Shown: piece after piece, positions 9,544-19,187 of the stretch
Numbering within the stretch: the stretch's first letter is position 1
How the letters are laid out: every line of letters starts with the position of its first letter
Assembly (NCBI GenBank): GCA_042219425.1
Contig: JBDGPY010000066.1
Coordinates: 16,629 to 80,628 of the forward strand
Origin: Haloarcula sp.
GTDB lineage: Archaea > Halobacteriota > Halobacteria > Halobacteriales > Haloarculaceae
Length of the DNA: 64,000 nucleotides
Reading direction: 5' to 3'
Translations under genes and position numbers: made by a program
Notes under the pieces: generated by a model
What the model was told of the DNA's origin: nothing
The model's input: the letters and a program-made list of their open reading frames with translations, nothing else
Databases searched by the model: none

Positions 9544-11046
9544 TTACCCCCGGATACCCCGATAAATCATCAGGAGGTTTTTGCTGATCCCCCAGTCGAA
9601 CTGCCATTCGAGTACCAGTGCAGTGGCGGTGTAGATGAGTACGCCTGCCGGAATGAGAAGGAGCAGTTCAAACACTGCGGGCACGTCTATACGCGCTCGG
9701 GCGTACCAGAGTATCCCAAACATCGTGACAGAGGCCACGAACGGATACACATACTCCCTGTAGAGGTCGATGGACCGCAGCTCCGTCAGGCGGGCGGTGA
9801 GATAGATGTCGATTGGGAGTATTGGGAACACGTACACCCCGGAGATCACCAGAGCTGCGCCTTCAATCCCCCAGCGCGCCGTCGCAGGCCAAATCAGTAT
9901 CGCAACGAGGATGACCCGAAGTCCGGACGTTTTCACGATGTAGTCCGGGCGGTCGAGCGCCTTCCAGACTTCGCCGTAGTTCCCGGTGATGGCGTGTGCG
10001 AGTCCGTAGACGGTGAGAAGCTGCATAGACAGTATGATTGGGGTCCACTGGTCGCCCAGGACCGTGGGCACAAAACTCGGGGTGACCAGCGCAATGCCAA
10101 AGGACATCGGAAACGCGAGGAAAGCCACGAACCGCGTCGACTGCAACAGCGCGTTCTGTAGTTCCGCGGTGTCCCCCTGGACTTGCGAGTAAGCGGGGAA
10201 AGTGACCTGCGAGACGATCTGGGACATCTCAGTCGCCGGCATATCGGCCAGTCTGTACGCGTACTGGTAAAACCCCAGCGCGGTCGCCGAGAGGAACCAC
10301 CCGACGAAGGCGTCATCGCCCTCTCGGGCGACCCAGTAGATGATCGAGGCACCGGTCATCCACTTCCCGAAGCTGATGAGTTCCCTCGCCGCCTGCAGGT
10401 TGAACGTCGGGCGGGGCCGGTAGTCGTGCAGGACATACGATAGGAGCGTCTTGAAAACCGGCCTGCTGAGTGACCCTGCGACCAGCGCCCACACCGTCGG
10501 CGAGTACAGAACGTAGAGCACGCCGACGAGAAACTGTGCGATTGAACCGCCGGTGTTGTAGAGGAAATCGCGGTGAAACTCCAGATCCTTCTCGAAGTAG
10601 ACGATACCCGGGTTGCGTAACCCCGCGATGAGCGGAATGAACCCGATGGCCCGGATGACGGGTGTCGCCCGGGGTTCACTGAAGAAGGCGGCAATAAACG
10701 GCGCGGCGACGAACACGAAAGCGAGAATCAGGAAACCACGTGAGATTTCCAGCAGCCACGTGGTGTTGAGGTAGCTGTCAACGTCACTTTCCTCTTTCTG
10801 GATGAGTGCCGCATTCAGTCCGATGTTCGTGAACCGCTTCGTTGCTGAGAGCGTCAGCAGCGCGACCCCCATGATGCCGAACTGCGCCGGCGTGAGTATC
10901 CGTGCCAGGACGATCAGCATTAACACCTGCAGGAGGCGACCTGAGATGTTGGTGAGCGTGGCCCAGATACCGCTCTTAATGGTCCGCTGGAGGACTGTTC
11001 CCGTAGGAACGAGACTGTGAAGGAGCTTCCGTAGTCTGTCTTTCAT
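9544..11046 (-). CDS. wzx: Wzx-type oligosaccharide flippase (WzxC-like)
   Basis: LARILTPAQFG, ALIQK, LGFYQYAYRLA, TFPAYS; many TM segments. Confidence 0.92.
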   Translation of the reverse strand: MKDRLRKLLHSLVPTGTVLQRTIKSGIWATLTNISGRLLQVLMLIVLARILTPAQFGIMGVALLTLSATKRFTNIGLNAALIQKEESDVDSYLNTTWLLEISRGFLILAFVFVAAPFIAAFFSEPRATPVIRAIGFIPLIAGLRNPGIVYFEKDLEFHRDFLYNTGGSIAQFLVGVLYVLYSPTVWALVAGSLSRPVFKTLLSYVLHDYRPRPTFNLQAARELISFGKWMTGASIIYWVAREGDDAFVGWFLSATALGFYQYAYRLADMPATEMSQIVSQVTFPAYSQVQGDTAELQNALLQSTRFVAFLAFPMSFGIALVTPSFVPTVLGDQWTPIILSMQLLTVYGLAHAITGNYGEVWKALDRPDYIVKTSGLRVILVAILIWPATARWGIEGAALVISGVYVFPILPIDIYLTARLTELRSIDLYREYVYPFVASVTMFGILWYARARIDVPAVFELLLLIPAGVLIYTATALVLEWQFDWGISKNLLMIYRGIRG

Positions 11047-11128
11047 ACGTATGTATCAGCTGCGAATCGGGAAGCGCACCACACCGGTTCCCGCAATCGA
11101 TTACCGATTGCTATCCCCACAGTGGTTC

Positions 11129-11136
11129 TTGTTATA
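11129..11136 (-). promoter_or_regulatory. TATAACAA box upstream of wzx
   Basis: TTGTTATA on the + strand, 83 nt upstream of the wzx ATG; hairpin GCAATCG-ATTAC-CGATTGC (11093-11111) lies between them. Confidence 0.45.
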
Positions 11137-11199
11137 TCGTCATTACTTGGTCGGTCCACCGTAGTGTGGTTTGTCTGTCCAGAGCGACCCGGTCACAAG

Positions 11200-13158
11200 T
11201 CACCACCGCTCCAGCGCGCTCTTGGCGAAAAACTGCGCGAGTTCGACCGTCGAAGGTGGGTTGTACACCGGGCCGAGGTCGTCGACGTACATCGGCTCAC
11301 TCTCTTCAGACCGGATATTTTCGACCGCCTCCGTGAGTAGGTTGGTGGAATTCGTGTACAGTCGCTCACGGACCGCCCCCCAGCTCCGACAGTCGTCGAT
11401 GTCGACCTCCGCGTAGGACTGGATGACGCCCGCGTCGAGTTCGTCCCGCAGGGATTGTACCATCATGCCGGCCGTTTCCTCGTCGCGCATGAACTCCCAG
11501 AAGCCGGCCGGCCCACCGCGATACTTCCGCGGGTCGCCGTGGTGGTAGCTGAGGACGCCGTATTCCGTCGCCGTGAGGATGTCTCCCTCAATCAGGCCGA
11601 ACCCGCGGCGGAAGACGAGATCGGACGTTGCGGCGATCCTGTCGACGACTTCACTGGGGAGTCGGTTCCAGAGTCCATCCACTTCGTCCGGGTACGTTCG
11701 GATGATGTCGGAATCCTCCACGGTGGGTATCTCCGAGAGATGGATGTCGTCTTTGTACGTGGGGGGTGAGCCGTCGTCGAGCTGTGACAGGAGGACGCGA
11801 AACGCTGCGTACGCCGGGTACTTCCGGCCTCGTTTTACGTTTCCGCTCCCGAGGGTGCCCGAATCCTCGTTGACTACAACGAGAGATATTTCGGTTTCGG
11901 TCTCTGCGATGAGTTCTTCGAGCGCCTCTGCGACCCACCGGTAGACGTGCTCACCGTCGACGAGGAGACACAGTCGCAGCGGGCCATCGCTCAGTTCGCT
12001 TTCCCCCGTCCCACCACGGTCGAGCGGTCGGTCCCGGTCCGTATCGAGTGCCAGCAGCGCGTCGGCGAAGAACTTGGCCGCCCAGTTCGGATACCGGAAG
12101 AAAATATACTTCCCGAACAGCGGATACGAACCTGGCAGTCCACCGCGAACGTCGTCGGCTGCATCGAGCGGCTGGTGCCGTTTCAGGAACTGGACTGCCG
12201 TCCGGGCAGCGCTCTCGTACTGCACCTCACCTGTGCGTTCGAAGAGCTTCGCCCATATGACTGCCATTTGGGCGTTGCCCGTCAGGCAGTGATACCAGCT
12301 ATCCGACCACCGTTTGTCGAACTCGCCTTTCAACACGCCCGCTGCGGACTGGCGGTCGAGCAGTATGTCCGCCGTCTGCTTCCCGCTCTCGTATATCTCC
12401 TCGTCATCGAGTAGCCTTCCGCCCTCCAGTAGTCCGCGGATCGTATATGCTATCGTGTGCAGGAACGGCGTCCCGTCGGCGTCGAACCCTGCCTGCTCGA
12501 ACCAGCCGTTGGACCGCTGGTTATCAACGACCCACTCGAGGTTCCGCCGTGCCGCCTTTCGGTATTCGGGTACATTTTCGTCGAGGAGGCTCTCACCAAC
12601 GAGAAGCGCCCACGCGACGCGTGAGGTGTACACGTGCGGGCAGGAGTTGTAGTCGTGTGCAGCCCAGTGTCCCGTACTCGACTGCGCTTCGACCAGCCAG
12701 TCACAGGCATCCCGCACAGCTGTCCGGAAGCGTTCGTCCCCTGTTCGTTCAGCTGCAGTTGCCAGCCCTAGCACGATCTGGCCCGTGTTGAACGCGTTTG
12801 GCTCCCCCTCCGTCCCCGTTCCGCCGGGGAAGCTCCCCTGTTCGTGTTGTGTCGAGAGGGTCCACTCCGCCATATCGAGGGCCCGCGCTCTCCGCTCGGT
12901 GTCGTCATACCGGTCCGCGTACGCGAACAGCGTCGGGATCAGATACCCAGTCGTTTCGGGATACGGGTCCTCCCAGCCGAGGAAGAGATTGTATGTGGCT
13001 GCCGAACCGCCGTCCGGGGAGATGTCCTGACTGTGGCAGATCCAGTCGATGGTCGCATCGAGATGTACCTTGTCCGACTTGACCTGTGGTGTCCCCGGGA
13101 CGCTCGCCTGAACGGCGTCGAGGATTGGTGGTATCCGACCGGAACCCTCTGTTTTCAT
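11200..13158 (-). CDS. Fusion: (alpha/alpha) toroid (prenyltransferase/squalene-cyclase-like repeats) plus C-terminal formyltransferase-like domain
   Basis: QxxxGxW/F repeats (TQHEQGSF, AQSSTGHW, NQRSNGWF), YPETTGY, YPNWAAKFF; C-terminal SYHHGDPRKYRGGPAGFWE and ELDAG. Confidence 0.7.
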   Translation of the reverse strand: MKTEGSGRIPPILDAVQASVPGTPQVKSDKVHLDATIDWICHSQDISPDGGSAATYNLFLGWEDPYPETTGYLIPTLFAYADRYDDTERRARALDMAEWTLSTQHEQGSFPGGTGTEGEPNAFNTGQIVLGLATAAERTGDERFRTAVRDACDWLVEAQSSTGHWAAHDYNSCPHVYTSRVAWALLVGESLLDENVPEYRKAARRNLEWVVDNQRSNGWFEQAGFDADGTPFLHTIAYTIRGLLEGGRLLDDEEIYESGKQTADILLDRQSAAGVLKGEFDKRWSDSWYHCLTGNAQMAVIWAKLFERTGEVQYESAARTAVQFLKRHQPLDAADDVRGGLPGSYPLFGKYIFFRYPNWAAKFFADALLALDTDRDRPLDRGGTGESELSDGPLRLCLLVDGEHVYRWVAEALEELIAETETEISLVVVNEDSGTLGSGNVKRGRKYPAYAAFRVLLSQLDDGSPPTYKDDIHLSEIPTVEDSDIIRTYPDEVDGLWNRLPSEVVDRIAATSDLVFRRGFGLIEGDILTATEYGVLSYHHGDPRKYRGGPAGFWEFMRDEETAGMMVQSLRDELDAGVIQSYAEVDIDDCRSWGAVRERLYTNSTNLLTEAVENIRSEESEPMYVDDLGPVYNPPSTVELAQFFAKSALERW

Positions 13159-13413
13159 GTCGCCTCGTAGACAATGACGCGTGTTAATTCTAAACAGGCT
13201 ACCTTACAGTAGCAACGTGGTATCGTGAGTAGGACGTTACTACGGTGTTTGTCTGCTATTCAGGGAGTGTATTATACCACTAACTGATCTTCGAGCATCG
13301 CAATCTCCGTGTGGACCCCGAGGGCTTACAGTTGGGTGCTGGACTCTCCTGGAGTCCGACGAAGGTGGAAGTCCCCGAGGTCCGTGATAGCTCTGCTGGC
13401 ACCGCCCGGTAGG

Positions 13414-15198
13414 TCAGCCCGTCGCATTGGCACGATACACGGTGTAGCCACCGTTGTCGTAAACGAGCGATACGGTCCTGTCCCTCGAAAGTCGCTGGAA
13501 ATCGGCCGACTCAAACTTCCAGAACTGTCGATAGCCGGGATAGATCTTCTCGTAGAAAATCCGGCCCGCTCTTGTGACGACCACATACGTGTCACGTTCG
13601 TAGCTACTGCCGAGCGTCGCGTTCGTTTCGTAACTGAAGTGTGGCGGAATGGCGGCCGTGTCACTCGAGACTACCTTGTCCTCGGAGAACGTCTCACGGC
13701 CGTATACGGCATCTCGGAACCGGTACGTGTCTATTCCGAACTCTGCGAGGTCATCCTGAGTGTCCCGGTTTTCAAGGAACCACTCCGTACCTTCGAGCTC
13801 GGCTCTGGTGACCTGTTGGTTCTCACCGATGCTGTACGGGGAAGTGTACAACCCGAACACGCTGCAGACGACGAGCAGTGCGACACTGGTGTACAACAGC
13901 CCGTGGACCAGCGACCGATGGTCGGTGTAGCGGAGGAGACTGCTGAACACCGACCCCGCGAGCAACGCACCGAACAGTTCAGCGTACAACAGCGGCCGAC
14001 CGAACCCAACAATCAGGTCGACGAAGAAAAACAGCACTGAGAGCCCGAAAAACACCACGAAGGCGCTGACGAAGGTCGACTGGAAGACATCCGTCGGACG
14101 ACGCTCACGGACAGCCGTGTACAGAAAGACGAGGCTGTAGAGACCACCGAGGGAAAGGAGCACCGCCGACTGGCCGTATCGGACGAGCAAGATCCGGACG
14201 ACATCCACGAGCGCCGGCGTGTACTGTGACACCGTCGAGCTGTACTGTGCCACCGGTGACCCCCCTCCACCGGGGGAAGTCAGGTTCTCGATGACGATTG
14301 CGAACCGCTCGGCGATCTTCGCGAAATCGAGGTACCAGACCGCGAAGACAGAGATGAGAAGCTGTGCGGCCGGAACCGCACCCATCGGGTCCTGATCTCT
14401 GTCGGTCGCAGTTTCGAAGACGCGATATCGATGGGTCAGTCGGGCGACTCCGTAGATACCGAAGATGAAGACGACAAACAGCGTCGTGATGGGGTGATAG
14501 ATCACCAGTGCGAACAGAGCGACCGCCAGTATCCCCCGGACGTGTACCGCGCGCGTTTTCCACTGCTTCACGAGCAGGTAGAGGACGAACGGGAGCAACA
14601 GCGTACTGAACAGGTACGGAACTGACTGCGGCGCTACCATGACGATGGCAAACGGGACCGTGAGAAGTGCTTTCCGGCGGTCAAACAGCTCGGTAACGAG
14701 GACAAAAAACGATCCAATGCCGAAGAGCGAACCGATAGCGCCGCCGGACGTGATCGTCGTCGCTGGACTGAGACCGGTGGCGTACGAGAGGGTCAAAACG
14801 AGCAGGTGGAAGTTCGGATAGATGTTCCCCTGGCTCACGGCCGCAGTCCGTTGAATGTCGCGGATGAACCCGATGTGCGTGACCACGTCAGCCCGACCGA
14901 ACGTAACGTAGCCACGGAAATACGGGAGGAGGAGAATGAGCGTGACAACCGAAAGCAGGAGTCCCAGCCCGTACACCCAGTCGAGGGTTCCCGAAGCCGC
15001 ACTTCTGACGATGACCACGACGCCAACGATGATCGTGAGACAGGCGAGGAGCCAGAAATACCAGGGATATGCGTCGTAGATCGATATCTCATACACCGAG
15101 GCCGCGGGTGTCCGCCACAGGACGACTGTGAGCGCAAGTAACAACCCGTAGCCACCGGCGGCGACCCACGTGGTGTCAAGTTCGCTCCGCAGATCCAT
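13414..15198 (-). CDS. Polytopic membrane protein (DUF2206/GT-C-like), candidate polymerase or glycan transferase
   Basis: About 12-13 hydrophobic segments, GRADVVTH loop, NIYP, YHP, soluble C-terminal domain ending VYDNG; abuts DUF1616. Confidence 0.6.
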   Translation of the reverse strand: MDLRSELDTTWVAAGGYGLLLALTVVLWRTPAASVYEISIYDAYPWYFWLLACLTIIVGVVVIVRSAASGTLDWVYGLGLLLSVVTLILLLPYFRGYVTFGRADVVTHIGFIRDIQRTAAVSQGNIYPNFHLLVLTLSYATGLSPATTITSGGAIGSLFGIGSFFVLVTELFDRRKALLTVPFAIVMVAPQSVPYLFSTLLLPFVLYLLVKQWKTRAVHVRGILAVALFALVIYHPITTLFVVFIFGIYGVARLTHRYRVFETATDRDQDPMGAVPAAQLLISVFAVWYLDFAKIAERFAIVIENLTSPGGGGSPVAQYSSTVSQYTPALVDVVRILLVRYGQSAVLLSLGGLYSLVFLYTAVRERRPTDVFQSTFVSAFVVFFGLSVLFFFVDLIVGFGRPLLYAELFGALLAGSVFSSLLRYTDHRSLVHGLLYTSVALLVVCSVFGLYTSPYSIGENQQVTRAELEGTEWFLENRDTQDDLAEFGIDTYRFRDAVYGRETFSEDKVVSSDTAAIPPHFSYETNATLGSSYERDTYVVVTRAGRIFYEKIYPGYRQFWKFESADFQRLSRDRTVSLVYDNGGYTVYRANATG

Positions 15199-16209
15199 TT
15201 ATCCAGTCCCCCCGTCGTCCGACGCTATCTCGACCCAGATGTGTGTCTGCCTGTAGGCCTCAGAGATAGCCGGCGAGTCGTCGATCTCACCGGGGTACAG
15301 CAGGAACGTGAGTCGCAACGTCTCGCCATCGGCGGGGAGATAGGTGGACAGACCGTGTTCTGTCACAATGGACTCGCCAGACTGGAGCTGGATATGATAG
15401 CGGGTGAGTTCAATCCGGGACGTGACGCTGCGAGTCCCGTCGACCGTCCCTATCCGGTGCAGTTCGACGGCGACAGTGTACTCGCGGAGACCCTGTTTCT
15501 GGTTACTGACTCCGACATGAATCGTCTCGTCCGTTTCCGGTCCGATCTGCTCGGGATAGTCATCCGCGACGAGTTCACCGGTGTCATCGTCCTCTGAGAG
15601 GATATAGAACTCTGTGACGGCGTCGCCGCGTTCGACCGTCGTGAGCGCCCCGCCAGCGACGCCCACAGAGAGAACAAGCAAGGTCACAATCACCAGATGG
15701 CCCAGTTTGGAACCGGAATCGGACCGGGCGACGGTCCGTCGTAGCTCTCCGAAAGGGATGTGTGTCCTCTCGGAAAGTGGCAACTGTGCCTGTCGGGCCG
15801 TCGCGATAAACGTACTTCCCAACACGAACAGGCCGATGGTGACCATCGTGGAGCGGGATGTTATCCCCCAGGGGGTAAAGTTCAGAAACAGCACCAAGAG
15901 CGGGACAACAGTGATGCTGAGACCGACAGACAGGACGAGACGCTCGACCGGTCGTAAGGATTCCGGAGTCCATCTACCCGTCTCGTGGTCACTGTGTCGA
16001 TTTCGGGGGAACATCGCCCCAGTTAGCGCGTAGCCGGGAAACAACAGCACGGACGGGAGCCCGAGGAGAATCCGGAGTAACGCCAGTTCACCGTCAGTGA
16101 ACCACCAGACGCCCAGCAAGACCACGACGGCATTGGCGACCAGTCCGAGGTCGGCGAACCAGACCGACCATGAGGGCGAGTCCGTTTCGGGGGCGTGATC
16201 GCGCGCCAT
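15199..16209 (-). CDS. DUF1616 family membrane protein
   Basis: LFPGYALTGAMFP, ERLVLSVGLS, TEFYIL, ADDYP, YRQTHIWV. Confidence 0.85.
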   Translation of the reverse strand: MARDHAPETDSPSWSVWFADLGLVANAVVVLLGVWWFTDGELALLRILLGLPSVLLFPGYALTGAMFPRNRHSDHETGRWTPESLRPVERLVLSVGLSITVVPLLVLFLNFTPWGITSRSTMVTIGLFVLGSTFIATARQAQLPLSERTHIPFGELRRTVARSDSGSKLGHLVIVTLLVLSVGVAGGALTTVERGDAVTEFYILSEDDDTGELVADDYPEQIGPETDETIHVGVSNQKQGLREYTVAVELHRIGTVDGTRSVTSRIELTRYHIQLQSGESIVTEHGLSTYLPADGETLRLTFLLYPGEIDDSPAISEAYRQTHIWVEIASDDGGTG

Positions 16210-16300
16210 CAGATGATAGTAACCGCGGATGGTAGCAAAAGAAGAGACCCCCTACTGCCCCTGTCGTCAGTAGTTTCCGGTGTTCTTCGCTCCGCGTGGT

Positions 16301-18214
16301 TCAGTCCGTTCCGGGGAGTACCCACTCCTTCCCGCCTACCGAGATGGCTGTTACACCGGTGGTGTCGTGATCGACGGAAGGGGGTCGGTACGGAGCTGTC
16401 GACAGGAAAAACCCGAACTGAACCGCATCAGCCGTCGCCTCGACTGAGAGACTGACACGGGACTCAGATTGCAGGAACGACGGGAAGTACTGACTCGTTG
16501 CCACTGAGGTGGTGTCCCCGCCGAGCAGCGTGAGAAACGCAAGCGGCTCACCATCCCTGGTTTCCCCGTCGGCGAACTCGTATCGCGCGTGGCGGCCTGT
16601 GGTCGTCGCGGTAACTGCAATGTCCGGTGCGACGTGGAGCCGACTTTTGACCGGTGCTGGCTCCGCCGCGTCGACACTATCCCAGACGAACCACCAGTTA
16701 TCGGCGTGAAAGGCCTGCCGTCGGTGCGTGTATCGACTCCCGAAGCGGGCTTTCCGGGTGTATCTCCCGTCGAAATAGCAGATCCCGTTGTCCGCTCCCG
16801 TCGTGACTGTCGGCTCGAACCGCCGACCCATCAGGTAGCTTCCGTCAATCGGGATCGGTTCCTCGTCGCCGTACTGAACAGTGTTGTGGGCTTCGACGCT
16901 CCTTGAATACTGGCGCTCGGCTGTCGGGGCATACTCGTAGGTTCCCGTATCGGTCAGGAGCCGCCGGCCGTCCGCCCAGAAACAGACGGCAAACTGGTCG
17001 TTGTGTGAGTGGCCGGGTAGATGCGACGGCCCTATTTCGCCGCCGTCGATCAACAGTCGGCTCGGCCCTGATCCCAGCCAGTAGTAGCCGGAGGAAGGGA
17101 GCGCTCCGCCCCTCTCCGTGGTCGTATCGATGCCGATGGCGTCGGCGTAGCGTCGGCACGACGCCACCGTCGGAGCCTCGCCGAACACGGCGTCGTTGAG
17201 CAGCGGTATCTTGCCGTCCGGCGGTTCGAGGGCTAGCAGAAACTGCACACCTGATTCTGCCACCCGTCGTATTTCTTCGGGAACATCCAGACCGTCGCTG
17301 GTGAGGACATCGACGGCAGTCAGATAGCGCATGACTGTGGCGACGTGGTACATCGGACTCAGTTCGAAATGGCCGCCGTCGTCGAGGAACTGATCGCTCG
17401 CGTCGACGAGCACCTCGATACCGGTCTGCTGGAACCGCTCACCGTGATCGTCGTCAAGCAGTGACCCGGCCAAGAGGAGTGCAACACCATTTTCCACGAG
17501 GTGGTTCCCGCCAACATCATACTCGATATGATTCGAGAGAAACGCGGCGTTCCGATAGAGCGTGCTCGCCGCCACAGACCTGCGGGAGTCTCGCCACTGC
17601 CACCAGGCCAGGAAGCGAGCGAGGTTACAGACCCGGAGCGAGACTGTGTATGGTGTCCAGGCACGCCGCAGATACGCCGGCGTTCCGACGTTAGTTTCCG
17701 GCGACGCTTGCCAGTCGCCGAGCCAGTCGTGACACGTGTTCACCGCCACCTGACAGGCCTCCGGGCTGTCGAATCCGAGTGTTACCCAGGACAGGAATTC
17801 GAACCCGTGAAATTTCAGCGCCCAGAGCTCCGGCGGCGCCATCACGTCCGAACTGAACCAGTCGACCCCGTCTCCGCCACCGACGGTCACCGTGCGGTTC
17901 AGCAACTCTACGTCCCCCGCGGAAAGCTGCTCGACACGACCGCGGTAGCGCCGCCGAGTTGCCGGCACAAGAGATTCCCGGAGGAGGGCGGTGTTCTGTC
18001 CTACAGTTTCCGGCGTCAGTTCAATTGACTCTGGAACCGCCCGCTCATACACTCGGTCGGCGTCGAAGGGCAACGCCGGAACGACGAGATGGCGGAGCTT
18101 CCGGTCGAATATGCCGATCAGTTGCCGGGTCCGCATGTTGCGTACCGTAGAGAGCAACACCGGTGCCGTCTCCGGGTCGATCAGCTGTGTGAGTCTCGAA
18201 TCAACGTCAGACAT
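16301..18214 (-). CDS. Heparinase II/III family protein
   Basis: EYDVGGNHL, DGGHFELSPMYH, IPLLND, GHSHND, DTGTYEY, AHNTV. Confidence 0.9.
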   Translation of the reverse strand: MSDVDSRLTQLIDPETAPVLLSTVRNMRTRQLIGIFDRKLRHLVVPALPFDADRVYERAVPESIELTPETVGQNTALLRESLVPATRRRYRGRVEQLSAGDVELLNRTVTVGGGDGVDWFSSDVMAPPELWALKFHGFEFLSWVTLGFDSPEACQVAVNTCHDWLGDWQASPETNVGTPAYLRRAWTPYTVSLRVCNLARFLAWWQWRDSRRSVAASTLYRNAAFLSNHIEYDVGGNHLVENGVALLLAGSLLDDDHGERFQQTGIEVLVDASDQFLDDGGHFELSPMYHVATVMRYLTAVDVLTSDGLDVPEEIRRVAESGVQFLLALEPPDGKIPLLNDAVFGEAPTVASCRRYADAIGIDTTTERGGALPSSGYYWLGSGPSRLLIDGGEIGPSHLPGHSHNDQFAVCFWADGRRLLTDTGTYEYAPTAERQYSRSVEAHNTVQYGDEEPIPIDGSYLMGRRFEPTVTTGADNGICYFDGRYTRKARFGSRYTHRRQAFHADNWWFVWDSVDAAEPAPVKSRLHVAPDIAVTATTTGRHARYEFADGETRDGEPLAFLTLLGGDTTSVATSQYFPSFLQSESRVSLSVEATADAVQFGFFLSTAPYRPPSVDHDTTGVTAISVGGKEWVLPGTD

Positions 18215-18605
18215 CCGTGTGGTTCTCCAGACTCTGTCGTGGCCTCACAGTTCGAAACTCCCGGCGCTGACAGTACGGCGGTGTCTCATTATGACTTCGC
18301 GACTACCGGCTCCCACAGCATAGAGAACAGGGTTGGCAGCTCGTCTCTGCTGTGGCCCGGTCAAGCGAGGATCGAACCGTTCCGGAGAGCCATACAGGAC
18401 GGTTCGGACAATTCATTTACTGGGACTGGCGACAGGAGTGCACATTGTTAGTTCGCTCTTACCCTCTCGCCCCATGGCAGGTCCGTCCACTCTGGGCTGA
18501 AGATCTCACAGCGGACATCTCCAGTAACGACCTGATAACTGTATATCCATACCCCTAAACCGGAGACGATTCCCACAACGGACGTGGAACTCGGATGGTT
18601 GAACT

Positions 18606-19016
18606 GTGAAACTGTCTACATTGGTACGTGGCGTGTGGCGCCAGTGCGTGTGGCTCGTCAGCTGCGGGCGATGGTTCGACCGTTCTTCCGGGAGCCGCGG
18701 GACTCGGTGGTCGAGACCCTTCGGCCAGGGCAGCGACGACGACAAGAGTCAGGACGGGCCGCTGCCGCTGGTCAAGGGGCAAATCATCTGGATGGCCGTT
18801 ATGCTCGGACTGCTCTTCCTGCTGGAGCTGTGGTCGGCCAGACTGTACTTCGTTGTCTCGTTTATCGGACTGCTGATTAACCGACTGTTGTTCGCCCCTG
18901 TGAGGCGGGGCCTCCGATGGTGGCGGATCACGAATATCCTGATCTGGATCGGTTTCGGCGTCTTGTCGTACCTGATCTATCTCCGGGTTCAGGTGTTGCT
19001 TCTCGCATCAGGGTGA
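18606..19016 (+). CDS. Small membrane protein (start uncertain)
   Basis: Three hydrophobic segments in the C-terminal half. Confidence 0.55.
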   Translation: MKLSTLVRGVWRQCVWLVSCGRWFDRSSGSRGTRWSRPFGQGSDDDKSQDGPLPLVKGQIIWMAVMLGLLFLLELWSARLYFVVSFIGLLINRLLFAPVRRGLRWWRITNILIWIGFGVLSYLIYLRVQVLLLASG

Positions 19017-19145
19017 TCCACGTTTTTGCTCCGTGTGGGTCCGGTTCCGTGTATGCGTGATTGTATATATAGCTCAGTAGGAATACTATACTTAAGAGAC
19101 AGTGAAACGCAAATAAGAAACACTCCTAAGCATGGCTCGGGAAAA

Positions 19146-19187
19146 ATGGATCCTGTCGGACCTGTCCCGGAACGTGTAGGCGCATGA
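19146..19187 (+). CDS. Putative leaderless micro-ORF, 13 aa (MDPVGPVPERVGA)
   Basis: ATG 27 nt below AATAAGAA (19112-19119); stop overlaps the GT2 start (ATGA). Confidence 0.35.
   Translation: MDPVGPVPERVGA

Noticed and set aside
11200-13158. Squalene-hopene cyclase or terpene biosynthesis call
   Set aside because: Only QW-like repeats are present; no DxDD motif, single barrel, glycan context.
18245-18321. Two tiny TAATG-linked ORFs upstream of the heparinase-like gene
   Set aside because: The chain stops 30 nt short of the gene start and no promoter box is at the right distance; not counted as a relay.
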